Source: Gemmatimonadota bacterium
Lineage (GTDB): Bacteria; Gemmatimonadota; Gemmatimonadetes; Gemmatimonadales; GWC2-71-9
NCBI GenBank assembly: GCA_039933845.1
Contig: JBDTNH010000001.1
Coordinates: 5,426-69,425, forward strand
DNA length: 64,000 nt
Reading direction: 5' to 3'
In this document: positions 43,092-51,286 of the stretch, one piece after another
How the letters are laid out: each line of letters starts with the position of its first letter
How positions within the stretch are numbered: position 1 is the first letter of the stretch
Position numbers and translations under genes: made by a program
Notes under the pieces: generated by a model
What the model was told of the DNA's origin: nothing
The model's input: only the letters and a program-made list of their open reading frames with translations
Database searches by the model: none

Positions 43092-45838
43092 CAATCTACC
43101 GGCCTCAGGATCTTGCCGGCGAGCATTCGCGTGAATGCCGGATCATTGCGGAGCGGGTCGAACAACGGATCGACCTTGATGTAGCCCGCACCGATGAAGT
43201 ACTGGAACCCCAGCAACTCCTCGGTCGCGGCAACCGCCTCTGACGTGTGCCCTCCGGCGAGCAATACCCTGAGCCGCTGCATCCGGGCGTAGGGAGCGTC
43301 ATTGTTACTGGCACGGGGAGCATCGGCCACCGCCTGATCGGCCTGGCGCATCGCCTCGTCGCTCTTCCCCGCGAATGCCAGCATCACCGCGTAGAGCGCC
43401 CGTAGTTGCGGATCCTTCGGATTCGCGTCGCTCTGCTGCTTCGAGGTGGCGAGCGAGGAGTCTGCGTACGCCCGAGCCCGCACCATATCGCCCTGTTGAT
43501 GCGCAGCGATCGCGAGGGACTGGCCCCACCACGCGCGGTCGTTGTCGAATGCGGCGGGCGAGAGGCGGAACAGCAGGTCGCGATCCTTCTGGTCCAGCAC
43601 GAATGCCATCTCCTGGTACCCGGCGAAGTAGGCGACGAGCTCGGTCGGAGGGATCCGTGTCAACGCCTCGCGGGTGACGCCACGTGCGCCTTCGAGATCT
43701 CCGGCTCCCAGGAACGCCGTTACGACGGCCGAGATGGCGGTCGGACTGGTGGGTGCCAGTGCCATCAGCTCCCGTCCTGTCTTGATCGCCTCATCCGATC
43801 GACCGAGATAGGTCAGCGAGTTGACGAGGTTGCGAAGCACATTGACCGAGAGCGGATCGAGCGCGCGTGCGCGCGACAGCTTCTCGAACGCCGACGCATA
43901 GTTCTCGGCGCCGTAGTCGTCGTTGGCAGAGGAGGCGAGGATATCGGCATTGTTCGGATCGAGTGCCAAGGCCCGGTCCGTCTCGCGCCGAGAGGCCTCG
44001 GCATCCCTAAGTACAAAGCTGTAGTAGAGCGCGGCCGCGTTGTGGGGAAAGCTCTCACCGGCGGCGAGAGCCAAGGCCCGATCGACCGCCTCCTTGGCAC
44101 GGCGGCCGACATCCGGGTCACGAGTACCGTTCGTGTAGACCAGGGTCAGACTGGCACCGAGGCGCGCCCAGGCCCTCGCAAAGGTCGAGTCGAGCGCGAC
44201 CGCCTGCGCGTAGTACCCCGCCGCCTCGCGCATCGTGCCGGCCGACGCGTTGTTGATCGCGTTCCCCTTCAGATAGAGGTCATACGCGACGGCGTTCTTC
44301 GTCGGCCGGGCCTCCAGCTCCGCGGCATCATCCCGCCGGAGCACCGTTCCGAGTGCGGCCGCCACCCGCGTGGCGAGCTGCGCCTGGATTTCGAAGACAT
44401 CGGTCACGTCGGCATCGAAGGTGTCCTGCCACGTGGTGGCCCCGGTCTCTCCGTTCACCAGCTCGGCGGTCACCTGCACCCGACGTCCCCCCCCCGTGGC
44501 AGCCGCCCAACGGACCTTGCCCATCAACACCTGGTCGACATGCAACTCCTTGGCGATTTCGGGTCCAGTCTTGGTCGTCTCGCGGTATTGGTTGGCACTT
44601 GCCGAGGCGATCACGGTGAGGTTGCCGACCTTGGCGAGCTTGCCACGCACCTCGTCGACGATGCCGTCGGCGAAGTAGGCGTCATCGGCGCTGCCCTGGT
44701 TCTCGAACGGCAGCACCGCGACACTCCGGGCCACCGTCGTGGCTGGCCCGCCGCCACCGAACGCCTTCCAACCGAGTGCACCGAACGCCAGCACGACCAG
44801 TGCGGCGGCAACCAGCTGCCACGGACGGAACCCCCGGATGGGCACAACGGCGGTAGCGCCCGACCCGGTGCGGGTCTGGTCTTCGGCCGCGACGATCGCC
44901 GTCACCATGGCACCCGCGTTGGCATAGCGATCGGCCGGTGCCTTGGCGAGTGCCCGCATCACGGTGCTGTTGACCGCCGGTGCCAGCGATTGCCTGGTGC
45001 TCGTGAGCGCCCGCGGCATCTCGGTGATGCTCCGGGTGATGATCGCCTGCGCCGTGGGCCCTGTGAACGGCGGCTCGCCGGCGAGCATCTCGTACAGCAC
45101 ACAGCCCAGGGCGTAGATGTCGGTCCGGCCATCGACATTCGGATCGCCGCTCGCCTGCTCGGGGCTCATGTACTGCGGCGTGCCGATCGCGAGGCCCGTC
45201 TGGGTGAGCGCCCGTGTGTCGCCCTCGGTGGCGCGCGCGATCCCGAAGTCGGCAACCAGGGCATGGCCATCGCTCAGCAGAATATTGGCGGGCTTGATGT
45301 CGCGGTGCACGAATCCTTGTCGATGCGCGTAGGCCAGCGCCTCGGCCACCTCGCGCGCAAGGCGCAGGGCATCTTCGACCGGGAGCTGCTTCTCACGGGC
45401 AAGCTTGGCCGGAAGCGACTCACCCTCGACCACCGGCATGACATAGTAGAGGATGCCGTCTGCGGCGCCCGAGTCGTAGACCGGCAGGATATGCGGATGA
45501 CTCAGCTTCGCCGCGATATCGACCTCGCGCAGGAACCGCTCCGACCCAAGCGTCTCGGCGAGTTCCGGCCGCATCACCTTGACGGCCACCTTGCGGCGAT
45601 GCTTCAGGTCCAGAGCCAGATAAACCGTCGCCATCCCGCCTTCGCCCAACACCCGCTCGATCTGGTAGCGATCGGCCAAGGCACTCCGGATCCGTGACAC
45701 CTCGATGGCCCCGGTCGGCATGGTGCGCGCAGGCACCCCGGGCTCTGTCGGAGTCGGCGTCCCGCAATTGAGGCAAAAATGTGCCTCAACCGGCAGCGGT
45801 GTGCTGCACGTTGGACAGGTGCGGGGGTCTGGCGTCAC
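43091..45838 (-). CDS. Ser/Thr protein kinase, tandem paralog of 40350..43091 (zinc ribbon + kinase + TM + TolB-N-like + TPR)
   Basis: ORF 43091..46345, but its first ~140 codons overlap a better small ORF. Start placed at GTG 45838 ((M)TPDPRTCPTCSTPLPVEAHFCLNCG), with alternatives TTG 45889 and GTG 45901. Kinase motifs HRDIKPANILL, VADFGIA, GTPQYMSPE. Confidence 0.8.
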   Translation of the reverse strand: MTPDPRTCPTCSTPLPVEAHFCLNCGTPTPTEPGVPARTMPTGAIEVSRIRSALADRYQIERVLGEGGMATVYLALDLKHRRKVAVKVMRPELAETLGSERFLREVDIAAKLSHPHILPVYDSGAADGILYYVMPVVEGESLPAKLAREKQLPVEDALRLAREVAEALAYAHRQGFVHRDIKPANILLSDGHALVADFGIARATEGDTRALTQTGLAIGTPQYMSPEQASGDPNVDGRTDIYALGCVLYEMLAGEPPFTGPTAQAIITRSITEMPRALTSTRQSLAPAVNSTVMRALAKAPADRYANAGAMVTAIVAAEDQTRTGSGATAVVPIRGFRPWQLVAAALVVLAFGALGWKAFGGGGPATTVARSVAVLPFENQGSADDAYFADGIVDEVRGKLAKVGNLTVIASASANQYRETTKTGPEIAKELHVDQVLMGKVRWAAATGGGRRVQVTAELVNGETGATTWQDTFDADVTDVFEIQAQLATRVAAALGTVLRRDDAAELEARPTKNAVAYDLYLKGNAINNASAGTMREAAGYYAQAVALDSTFARAWARLGASLTLVYTNGTRDPDVGRRAKEAVDRALALAAGESFPHNAAALYYSFVLRDAEASRRETDRALALDPNNADILASSANDDYGAENYASAFEKLSRARALDPLSVNVLRNLVNSLTYLGRSDEAIKTGRELMALAPTSPTAISAVVTAFLGAGDLEGARGVTREALTRIPPTELVAYFAGYQEMAFVLDQKDRDLLFRLSPAAFDNDRAWWGQSLAIAAHQQGDMVRARAYADSSLATSKQQSDANPKDPQLRALYAVMLAFAGKSDEAMRQADQAVADAPRASNNDAPYARMQRLRVLLAGGHTSEAVAATEELLGFQYFIGAGYIKVDPLFDPLRNDPAFTRMLAGKILRPVD

Positions 45839-45921
45839 TGGCGTCCCGGTCGGAGGAATCTGGCGTGGGAAGCCCTGAAGAAACGCCAAAATCGCGGCCA
45901 CCGCAAGGCGGAGGCGAACCC

Positions 45922-46110
45922 CTAGCGCTTCGCTCCCCGAATAGCCACCGCCAGCCCAAGGGCCGCGCCTATGGCGACCCCGATGACCAATCCGCGAGTG
46001 ATGTTGAGACTCACAAGCCCAGCTGCGAAGCCGAGTCCCGCCCCGATCGCGGCACCCATGGCCATGGCGGAGTAAGGCTTGAAGTGTCGCTGACGTGGCT
46101 TGGAAGACAT
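45922..46110 (-). CDS. Small membrane protein (62 aa), glycine-zipper-like
   Basis: Internal ATG of ORF 45922..46314. MSSKPRQRHFKPYSAMAMGAAIGAGLGFAAGLVSLNITRGLVIGVAIGAALGLAVAIRGAKR has two GxxxG-rich TM helices. AGGGG lies 6 nt upstream. Confidence 0.45.
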   Translation of the reverse strand: MSSKPRQRHFKPYSAMAMGAAIGAGLGFAAGLVSLNITRGLVIGVAIGAALGLAVAIRGAKR

Positions 46111-46220
46111 GGGAACCCCTGGAAAGGTGGCCGCAGACGGTGCCTGTGGGAGTCGATCGTGTTGGCCGGACCCCGTACGATACCCCGGGAAGTGCGGCTG
46201 GGCGAGGTGGAGCTTTCTGA

Positions 46221-47657
46221 TCACCGTTCTCCGTCTGGCCGGTCCGCGGCGTGCGCGATGCCTCGCAGCATCCCGGCGAACACGAGCTGATGGAGCGGAT
46301 AGAGGGCATACCAATAGAGCCGACCGAACAGGCCGACCGGATCAAATGTCGCCGTCTGCCGGATCGTCGACCCGGCGTCGTCGCCGGTGACCTCGAATTC
46401 CAACCATGCGCGTCCCGGCACCTTCATCTCGGCCACGAGGCGGAGTCGCCGGGATTCCACCGCTTCCACCCGCCACCAATCGACGGTATCACCGACGGTG
46501 AGGTCCGTCGCCGACCGCCGCCCGCGACGGACGCCGACACCGCCGATCAGCAGGTCCAGAAATCCGCGCACTCGCCAGAGCCAGTTCCACGCGTACCATC
46601 CCGTTTCACCCCCGATCCGTAGTATCGGAACGAACGCGGCCGCGGGCGGCACGTCGACCGTGAGGGTCCGCGAATCGACCAATCGCGTCCCGAATGCTAC
46701 CCCGCCCCATGAGTGCATTTCTCCTGATGATGACAATGCATCAGACCACCTCGTGGCCGCGAACGCCTGATCCTCGTGCACAATGGCCGCTGCGATGGCA
46801 GCCTCGACTCCCATAGGCCGAATCGCGAATGCAACCCCCGCCGACGGGTCACGAACCACGGTGCTGTGCACGATACTCTCGATCAATTTCCGCCCGATCC
46901 TGGCATACAGCGGGGTGATGAGGCCGAGCCACAGGCTCGAGACGTAGGGAGAAAGCCAAGGGACAGCGACCACGCGCAAGCGCAGGCCACGCTGGTCAGC
47001 GTAGGCGCGCATGATCCCCTCGTAGGAGACCTGATCAGCGCCACCAATCTCATGGATCCGATATCCGGAGGCAGGCACGTCGAGCGCTGCCATCAGATAC
47101 GCAAGCACGTCGTCGATGGCGATGGGCTGGGCCGGCACCCGCACCCACTTCGGCGCGATCATGATCGGCAACCGCTCGACGAGCGAGCGGATCAGCTCGA
47201 ACGACAGGCTACCGGAACCGATGATGATCGAGGCCCGGAACTCGAGCGTTGGAATTCCTGATGCGCGCAGGATCTCGCCCACCACCTGTCGGCTCCGCAA
47301 GTGGGGGGAGAGTTCATCCTCGTCCGATCCGAGGCCGCCGAGATAGATGAGTCGCTGCACACCAGCCGCCTTGGTGGCCGCGGCAAATGTCTCCGCCGCT
47401 TGTCGGTCAGTGCGCTCGAACGCATCCGACGACCCCATCGAGTGGACCAGGTAGTAGGCGACGTCAACACCCTCGAGCGCAGCATCGAGACTCTCGCGGT
47501 CGAGAACATCGCCGCCGACCACCTCGGTCAGTGGCCCAACCCTGGCTATGAGGGTTTCTGGCCGTCGTGTGAGACAGCGCACTCGATGTCCCGCAGCTTC
47601 GAGCCGCCCGAGCAGGCGGCCACCGACGTAGCCAGTGGCACCGGTGAGGAGAATCAC
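46221..47657 (-). CDS. NAD(P)-binding SDR/NmrA-like protein with C-terminal DUF2867-like domain
   Basis: (M)ILLTGATGYVGGRL Rossmann motif. C-terminal WRVEAVE..RLRLVAEMKVPGRAWLEFEV. GTG 47657 overlaps the methyltransferase stop (GTGA). Confidence 0.75.
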   Translation of the reverse strand: MILLTGATGYVGGRLLGRLEAAGHRVRCLTRRPETLIARVGPLTEVVGGDVLDRESLDAALEGVDVAYYLVHSMGSSDAFERTDRQAAETFAAATKAAGVQRLIYLGGLGSDEDELSPHLRSRQVVGEILRASGIPTLEFRASIIIGSGSLSFELIRSLVERLPIMIAPKWVRVPAQPIAIDDVLAYLMAALDVPASGYRIHEIGGADQVSYEGIMRAYADQRGLRLRVVAVPWLSPYVSSLWLGLITPLYARIGRKLIESIVHSTVVRDPSAGVAFAIRPMGVEAAIAAAIVHEDQAFAATRWSDALSSSGEMHSWGGVAFGTRLVDSRTLTVDVPPAAAFVPILRIGGETGWYAWNWLWRVRGFLDLLIGGVGVRRGRRSATDLTVGDTVDWWRVEAVESRRLRLVAEMKVPGRAWLEFEVTGDDAGSTIRQTATFDPVGLFGRLYWYALYPLHQLVFAGMLRGIAHAADRPDGER

Positions 47658-48277
47658 GCCGAATTCCCCTTCCGCACGACCCACGTGGTCATGCACCGCT
47701 GGTCCTGCACGATCGTGGTCTTGAGCGGATCAAGCAGATCGCCACCCAACTCTCGGGTCAGGCGCATCAGCATCGCCTCGTCCACGAGAAACCGTTCCGA
47801 CCCATCTGGCAATTGATAGCGTCGGCCCGCGACCTGTTTGACACGAGACTCCATCCCGATCGATGAGGCCAATCGGCAGAAGAACAGTCCACCCGGAGCG
47901 AGCACGCGCCAGCTCCCGTGCAGCATGCGCATGAAGTGCTGCTCGTCCGTGGCGAAGTGCAGCACAGCGCTGCTCACCACCACGTCGGCGTGCCCGGCCG
48001 GGAAGGACATCTGCTCGACCGATTCGACGCGGAAGTGGTCGAGCGGCAGATGTGGTGCGAGGCGACTGGCCAAGTCCCACACAGCCGCGATCGCTCGCGG
48101 ATCACTGTCCACTCCCGAGACATCGAATCCGCTCGCCAGTAAATAGTGCAGGTTGCGCCCGCGCCCGCATCCCGCGTCGAGCACGCGCATCCCCGACGTG
48201 ATCCGGCCACGCAGGATCTGATCGAAGAGGTAGATGTCGATCGGCCCACACAGGGCGGGCAGATCAGCCGTGGACAT
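47654..48277 (-). CDS. Class I SAM-dependent methyltransferase
   Basis: Motif I: RVLDAGCGRGRN. Post-I: DVSGVD. 207 aa. Confidence 0.75.
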   Translation of the reverse strand: MSTADLPALCGPIDIYLFDQILRGRITSGMRVLDAGCGRGRNLHYLLASGFDVSGVDSDPRAIAAVWDLASRLAPHLPLDHFRVESVEQMSFPAGHADVVVSSAVLHFATDEQHFMRMLHGSWRVLAPGGLFFCRLASSIGMESRVKQVAGRRYQLPDGSERFLVDEAMLMRLTRELGGDLLDPLKTTIVQDQRCMTTWVVRKGNSA

Positions 48278-48316
48278 CAGGGCGCATTCGGGCTTCCGGG
48301 AGAGAGGTCCCGAAGT

Positions 48317-49243
48317 CTAGCGCCTCGGAAGATTTTCGAGGAAGCGAGCGATCTCGGCATTCGCCGAGATGTCACGACTGGTCGGGCCGAACAGTTCCGG
48401 CGCGGGAAACACGCTACCAGGCCACGCATGGCCGCCACCCACGATGCTGTCGACTTCCGTGCGCGTGGCATCCTTGCAGAAGAAGTATTGACCCCGGTAC
48501 ACGGTCGTCCCATCATCCTCGTGATCGGGCAAGGCGGAGCGGAGGCGGGTGCCGCTGCACCTATTCGTTCCCGCCCAATAGCCCACCGTGTTGTCGGTGG
48601 AGAGGACCGTGCTGCTCCCAGCCACAGGGAAGAATCCATCGACGGTCCCCAGGATATAAAGCGCACTGATCGGTCGACTCGGTGTGCACTCCGCGGCCAT
48701 GAGTCGAGGCATGCTGGCCGCAACCGAGACGAAGCCGGCGATCCGATCCGTCAGCTTGCATCCCAACTGTTGCGAAAACACCCCGCCATTCGACAGCCCA
48801 ACGGCAATGATCCGGTGTCGGTCAATCACGTTGGAGCGACCGACGCGGTCGATCACCTCCCGGACATACCCGACCTCATCCAATCCCAGAAAACCAAGGT
48901 CATCAAACACATCCCACGAACCCATCGCGGCCTGGAGATAGACGACGATGAACCCTTCACGGTCAGCGGCGGCATCGAGGCCGGTCAGCGCACGCAGGCC
49001 CGCCGCATCCTGGCCCGTACCGTGAAAGGCCAGCACCAACGGCGCCGCCGGTCCGAGCTCCCGGCGCTCCGGGACATGGACCGAGAAGATCCGGACGAAG
49101 TTCGCCTGCATGAAGCTCTCATCGCGGTCTTCGGCCTGGTAGCTGGACATGACCGGTGAGGGGCCGCATCCGGACGCCGCCAAGGTCGCCAGCGCGAGGA
49201 CCTTGGTCAGAAAGGGTGTGACATTCCGCGGTGCTCGGATCAT
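48317..49243 (-). CDS. Esterase, PHB-depolymerase/LpqC-like (alpha/beta hydrolase) lipoprotein
   Basis: Lipobox LATLAASGC. PLVLAFHGTGQDAAG. Nucleophile elbow GLSNGG. Confidence 0.7.
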   Translation of the reverse strand: MIRAPRNVTPFLTKVLALATLAASGCGPSPVMSSYQAEDRDESFMQANFVRIFSVHVPERRELGPAAPLVLAFHGTGQDAAGLRALTGLDAAADREGFIVVYLQAAMGSWDVFDDLGFLGLDEVGYVREVIDRVGRSNVIDRHRIIAVGLSNGGVFSQQLGCKLTDRIAGFVSVAASMPRLMAAECTPSRPISALYILGTVDGFFPVAGSSTVLSTDNTVGYWAGTNRCSGTRLRSALPDHEDDGTTVYRGQYFFCKDATRTEVDSIVGGGHAWPGSVFPAPELFGPTSRDISANAEIARFLENLPRR

Positions 49244-49375
49244 CGTGTGGGCGCCCGTGTTGGAGGTCGGAGGGTGAGCCTTCGCCAGGAAGACCCTGCC
49301 CGACCCGCGCCCGTCGTCAGAACTGTGTCAGGCGGGCGGGGGAGAGTCGACGCAATGGGCAACGACGGCTCGCCT

Positions 49376-51286
49376 TCAGTCGTTGATCGCTGCGTGGACC
49401 CGCTCGAGCCGTTTCGCGATTTGAGCCTCCAGACGCCGTCGGTGTCCCGGTGTCATCATCTCCGTCTGGATCAGTCTCCGCTTGGCGCGCGCCATAAACG
49501 AATAGCCGCGCGCATCAGAGACCAACCAACGCTCGCGCTCAAGGGTGTCGAGGCACCGGTCAGTCACCGCCGGATCGCTGATTTCCGCCAAGAGTCCGAG
49601 AGCGGTGCCCGCAAACGGCTCCTCCAGCAGTGCCGCAATGTGCGCCACCTTCTGTGTCTCGTCGTCGAGGCGGCGAAAAGAAAGACGTACCGCCGCGACG
49701 AGCGGTTCCGGCAGCGTCACTGGGAGCGTCGCGTCGAAGGTCTGGTCCAGCGCCGGCCATTCCTCGATGGTCTCCAAAGACATCCCGCGCTGCACCGCCA
49801 GCAGGACTTCGGTTGCAATGCCACACAGCCCACCGGATTCGGCATGCAATCGCCGAGTGAGGCGCTCACGTGAGGCGTCCGTCCAGGTCGGTACCGCCCA
49901 ATCGACCAACCCCGCGAGCACGGCGACGGAGACCGGTTCCAGAGAACACACCACGCCAGGAAACTCACGGCCGGCAGCGCGAATCATCTCGTCAATCGCG
50001 GCTGATGCATCCCCGAGCGTGGCCGTCACGAGCAGGACAATGTCGTGTCCGGCGACGTTGCGCAGCAGGGCCAGCAGCCATCGGAGTTCGTCGGGATGAA
50101 GCCGATCGACATCATCGATGGCCAGGAGCAACGGGCGTTCACCCGAGAGCGCGACCACCAGTTGTGCGAATGCCTCACGGAGCGCGAGCGGTTCTGCAGC
50201 CGGCATCTCGGCGAATCGTTCCTGCCAGAGCGTGCTGTGCGCCACCAAGCTGGCGATGGCTCGAGGGGGTGCAGTCGCCACGCCCGGCGCTGAGGCAAGG
50301 CCTGCGTTGGCCAGGCCAAGAGTGGCCGCATCCAGATGATCACCGTCCGCGGGAACGGCACGGAGCATCGCCACGGTGATGCTGGCGAGCTCGGCACGTG
50401 CGACACACTCTTCAAGCAGTCGAGAACGGCCGCTGCCGGGTGACCCAGTGATAACCGCCAAGCGGGCGCCATCCAAGCCATCTGGTCTCAGGAGCGCTCG
50501 AAGTTCGTCGTGATAGCCAACCAGGGGGGGGCGCGCGGTCGGCTGACCCGTGGCGCGCGACGCTGCCGAGCGTCGATCACGGCCGATTTGTGAGAGCAGC
50601 TCAGTAGTCTCAAGGTCGGGTGGCAGGCCGAGATCGTGCCGCAGGTGCGTTGCGAAAGCGGTTCCGGCCGCGAAGGCCGCGGCACGGTCGCCGGCGAGCC
50701 AGAGCGAGCGTATCAGTGCTCGCACGGCGACGTTACTATGCGGATCCACCGCCACGGCCCGTCGAGCGAGGGACGAGGCGGCATCGGCATCCCCGCGGTC
50801 CTCCCGTTCCCGTGCGGCGCGCACCACCACGTCGACCATCCTGCCACGCCAGCGCGTCCGTTCGGCATCGAGCCAGCCGTCGAAATCGGGAGCGTCATCA
50901 AGGACGAGGCCCTCGCAGTAGGCCCCCGCCACCAGTATGGCGGCCGCTTCCGGGTCGTGCCGTTCCAGGCGAGCAAAGAGATCGGTATCGAGTTCGGGCG
51001 GTTCGGTCCACGACACCATGCTGCCGGTCGATTCGAGCGATTCAGCCCCAAACCCGCGGCGGATGACTCGCAGCGCTTCGTTGAGCGAGTGACGCGCGGC
51101 GGATTCACTCCGGTCTGCCCAGAGCAGGGACAGCAGACGCTCCCGTGGCGCGCGGCGTCCGGGAGCGTTCCAGAGGATCAGGCAGAGCGCCAGGTTCTTT
51201 CGCCACAACAGGTCCGCCGGTGCCGGCGCGCCGTCGATGCGGATCTCCGGAGGCCCGAGCAACCGGGCGGTGACTACCGCCGACAT
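49376..51286 (-). CDS. SARP-type regulator: winged-helix + BTAD + AAA(STAND-like) ATPase
   Basis: LLGPPEIRIDGAPAP...LLSLLWADRSESAARHSLNEALRVIRR (OmpR/SARP wHTH). BTAD region ...DPHSNVAVRALIRSLWLAGDRAAA. Walker A ITGSPGSGRSRLL and Walker B LLLAIDDVD. Confidence 0.8.
   Translation of the reverse strand: MSAVVTARLLGPPEIRIDGAPAPADLLWRKNLALCLILWNAPGRRAPRERLLSLLWADRSESAARHSLNEALRVIRRGFGAESLESTGSMVSWTEPPELDTDLFARLERHDPEAAAILVAGAYCEGLVLDDAPDFDGWLDAERTRWRGRMVDVVVRAAREREDRGDADAASSLARRAVAVDPHSNVAVRALIRSLWLAGDRAAAFAAGTAFATHLRHDLGLPPDLETTELLSQIGRDRRSAASRATGQPTARPPLVGYHDELRALLRPDGLDGARLAVITGSPGSGRSRLLEECVARAELASITVAMLRAVPADGDHLDAATLGLANAGLASAPGVATAPPRAIASLVAHSTLWQERFAEMPAAEPLALREAFAQLVVALSGERPLLLAIDDVDRLHPDELRWLLALLRNVAGHDIVLLVTATLGDASAAIDEMIRAAGREFPGVVCSLEPVSVAVLAGLVDWAVPTWTDASRERLTRRLHAESGGLCGIATEVLLAVQRGMSLETIEEWPALDQTFDATLPVTLPEPLVAAVRLSFRRLDDETQKVAHIAALLEEPFAGTALGLLAEISDPAVTDRCLDTLERERWLVSDARGYSFMARAKRRLIQTEMMTPGHRRRLEAQIAKRLERVHAAIND

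Noticed and set aside
45839-46345. N-terminal 170 aa of the 1084-aa kinase ORF
   Set aside because: It has no similarity to the tandem paralog, which starts at the zinc ribbon. Its composition is non-coding-like, and it overlaps a better small membrane ORF in another frame.
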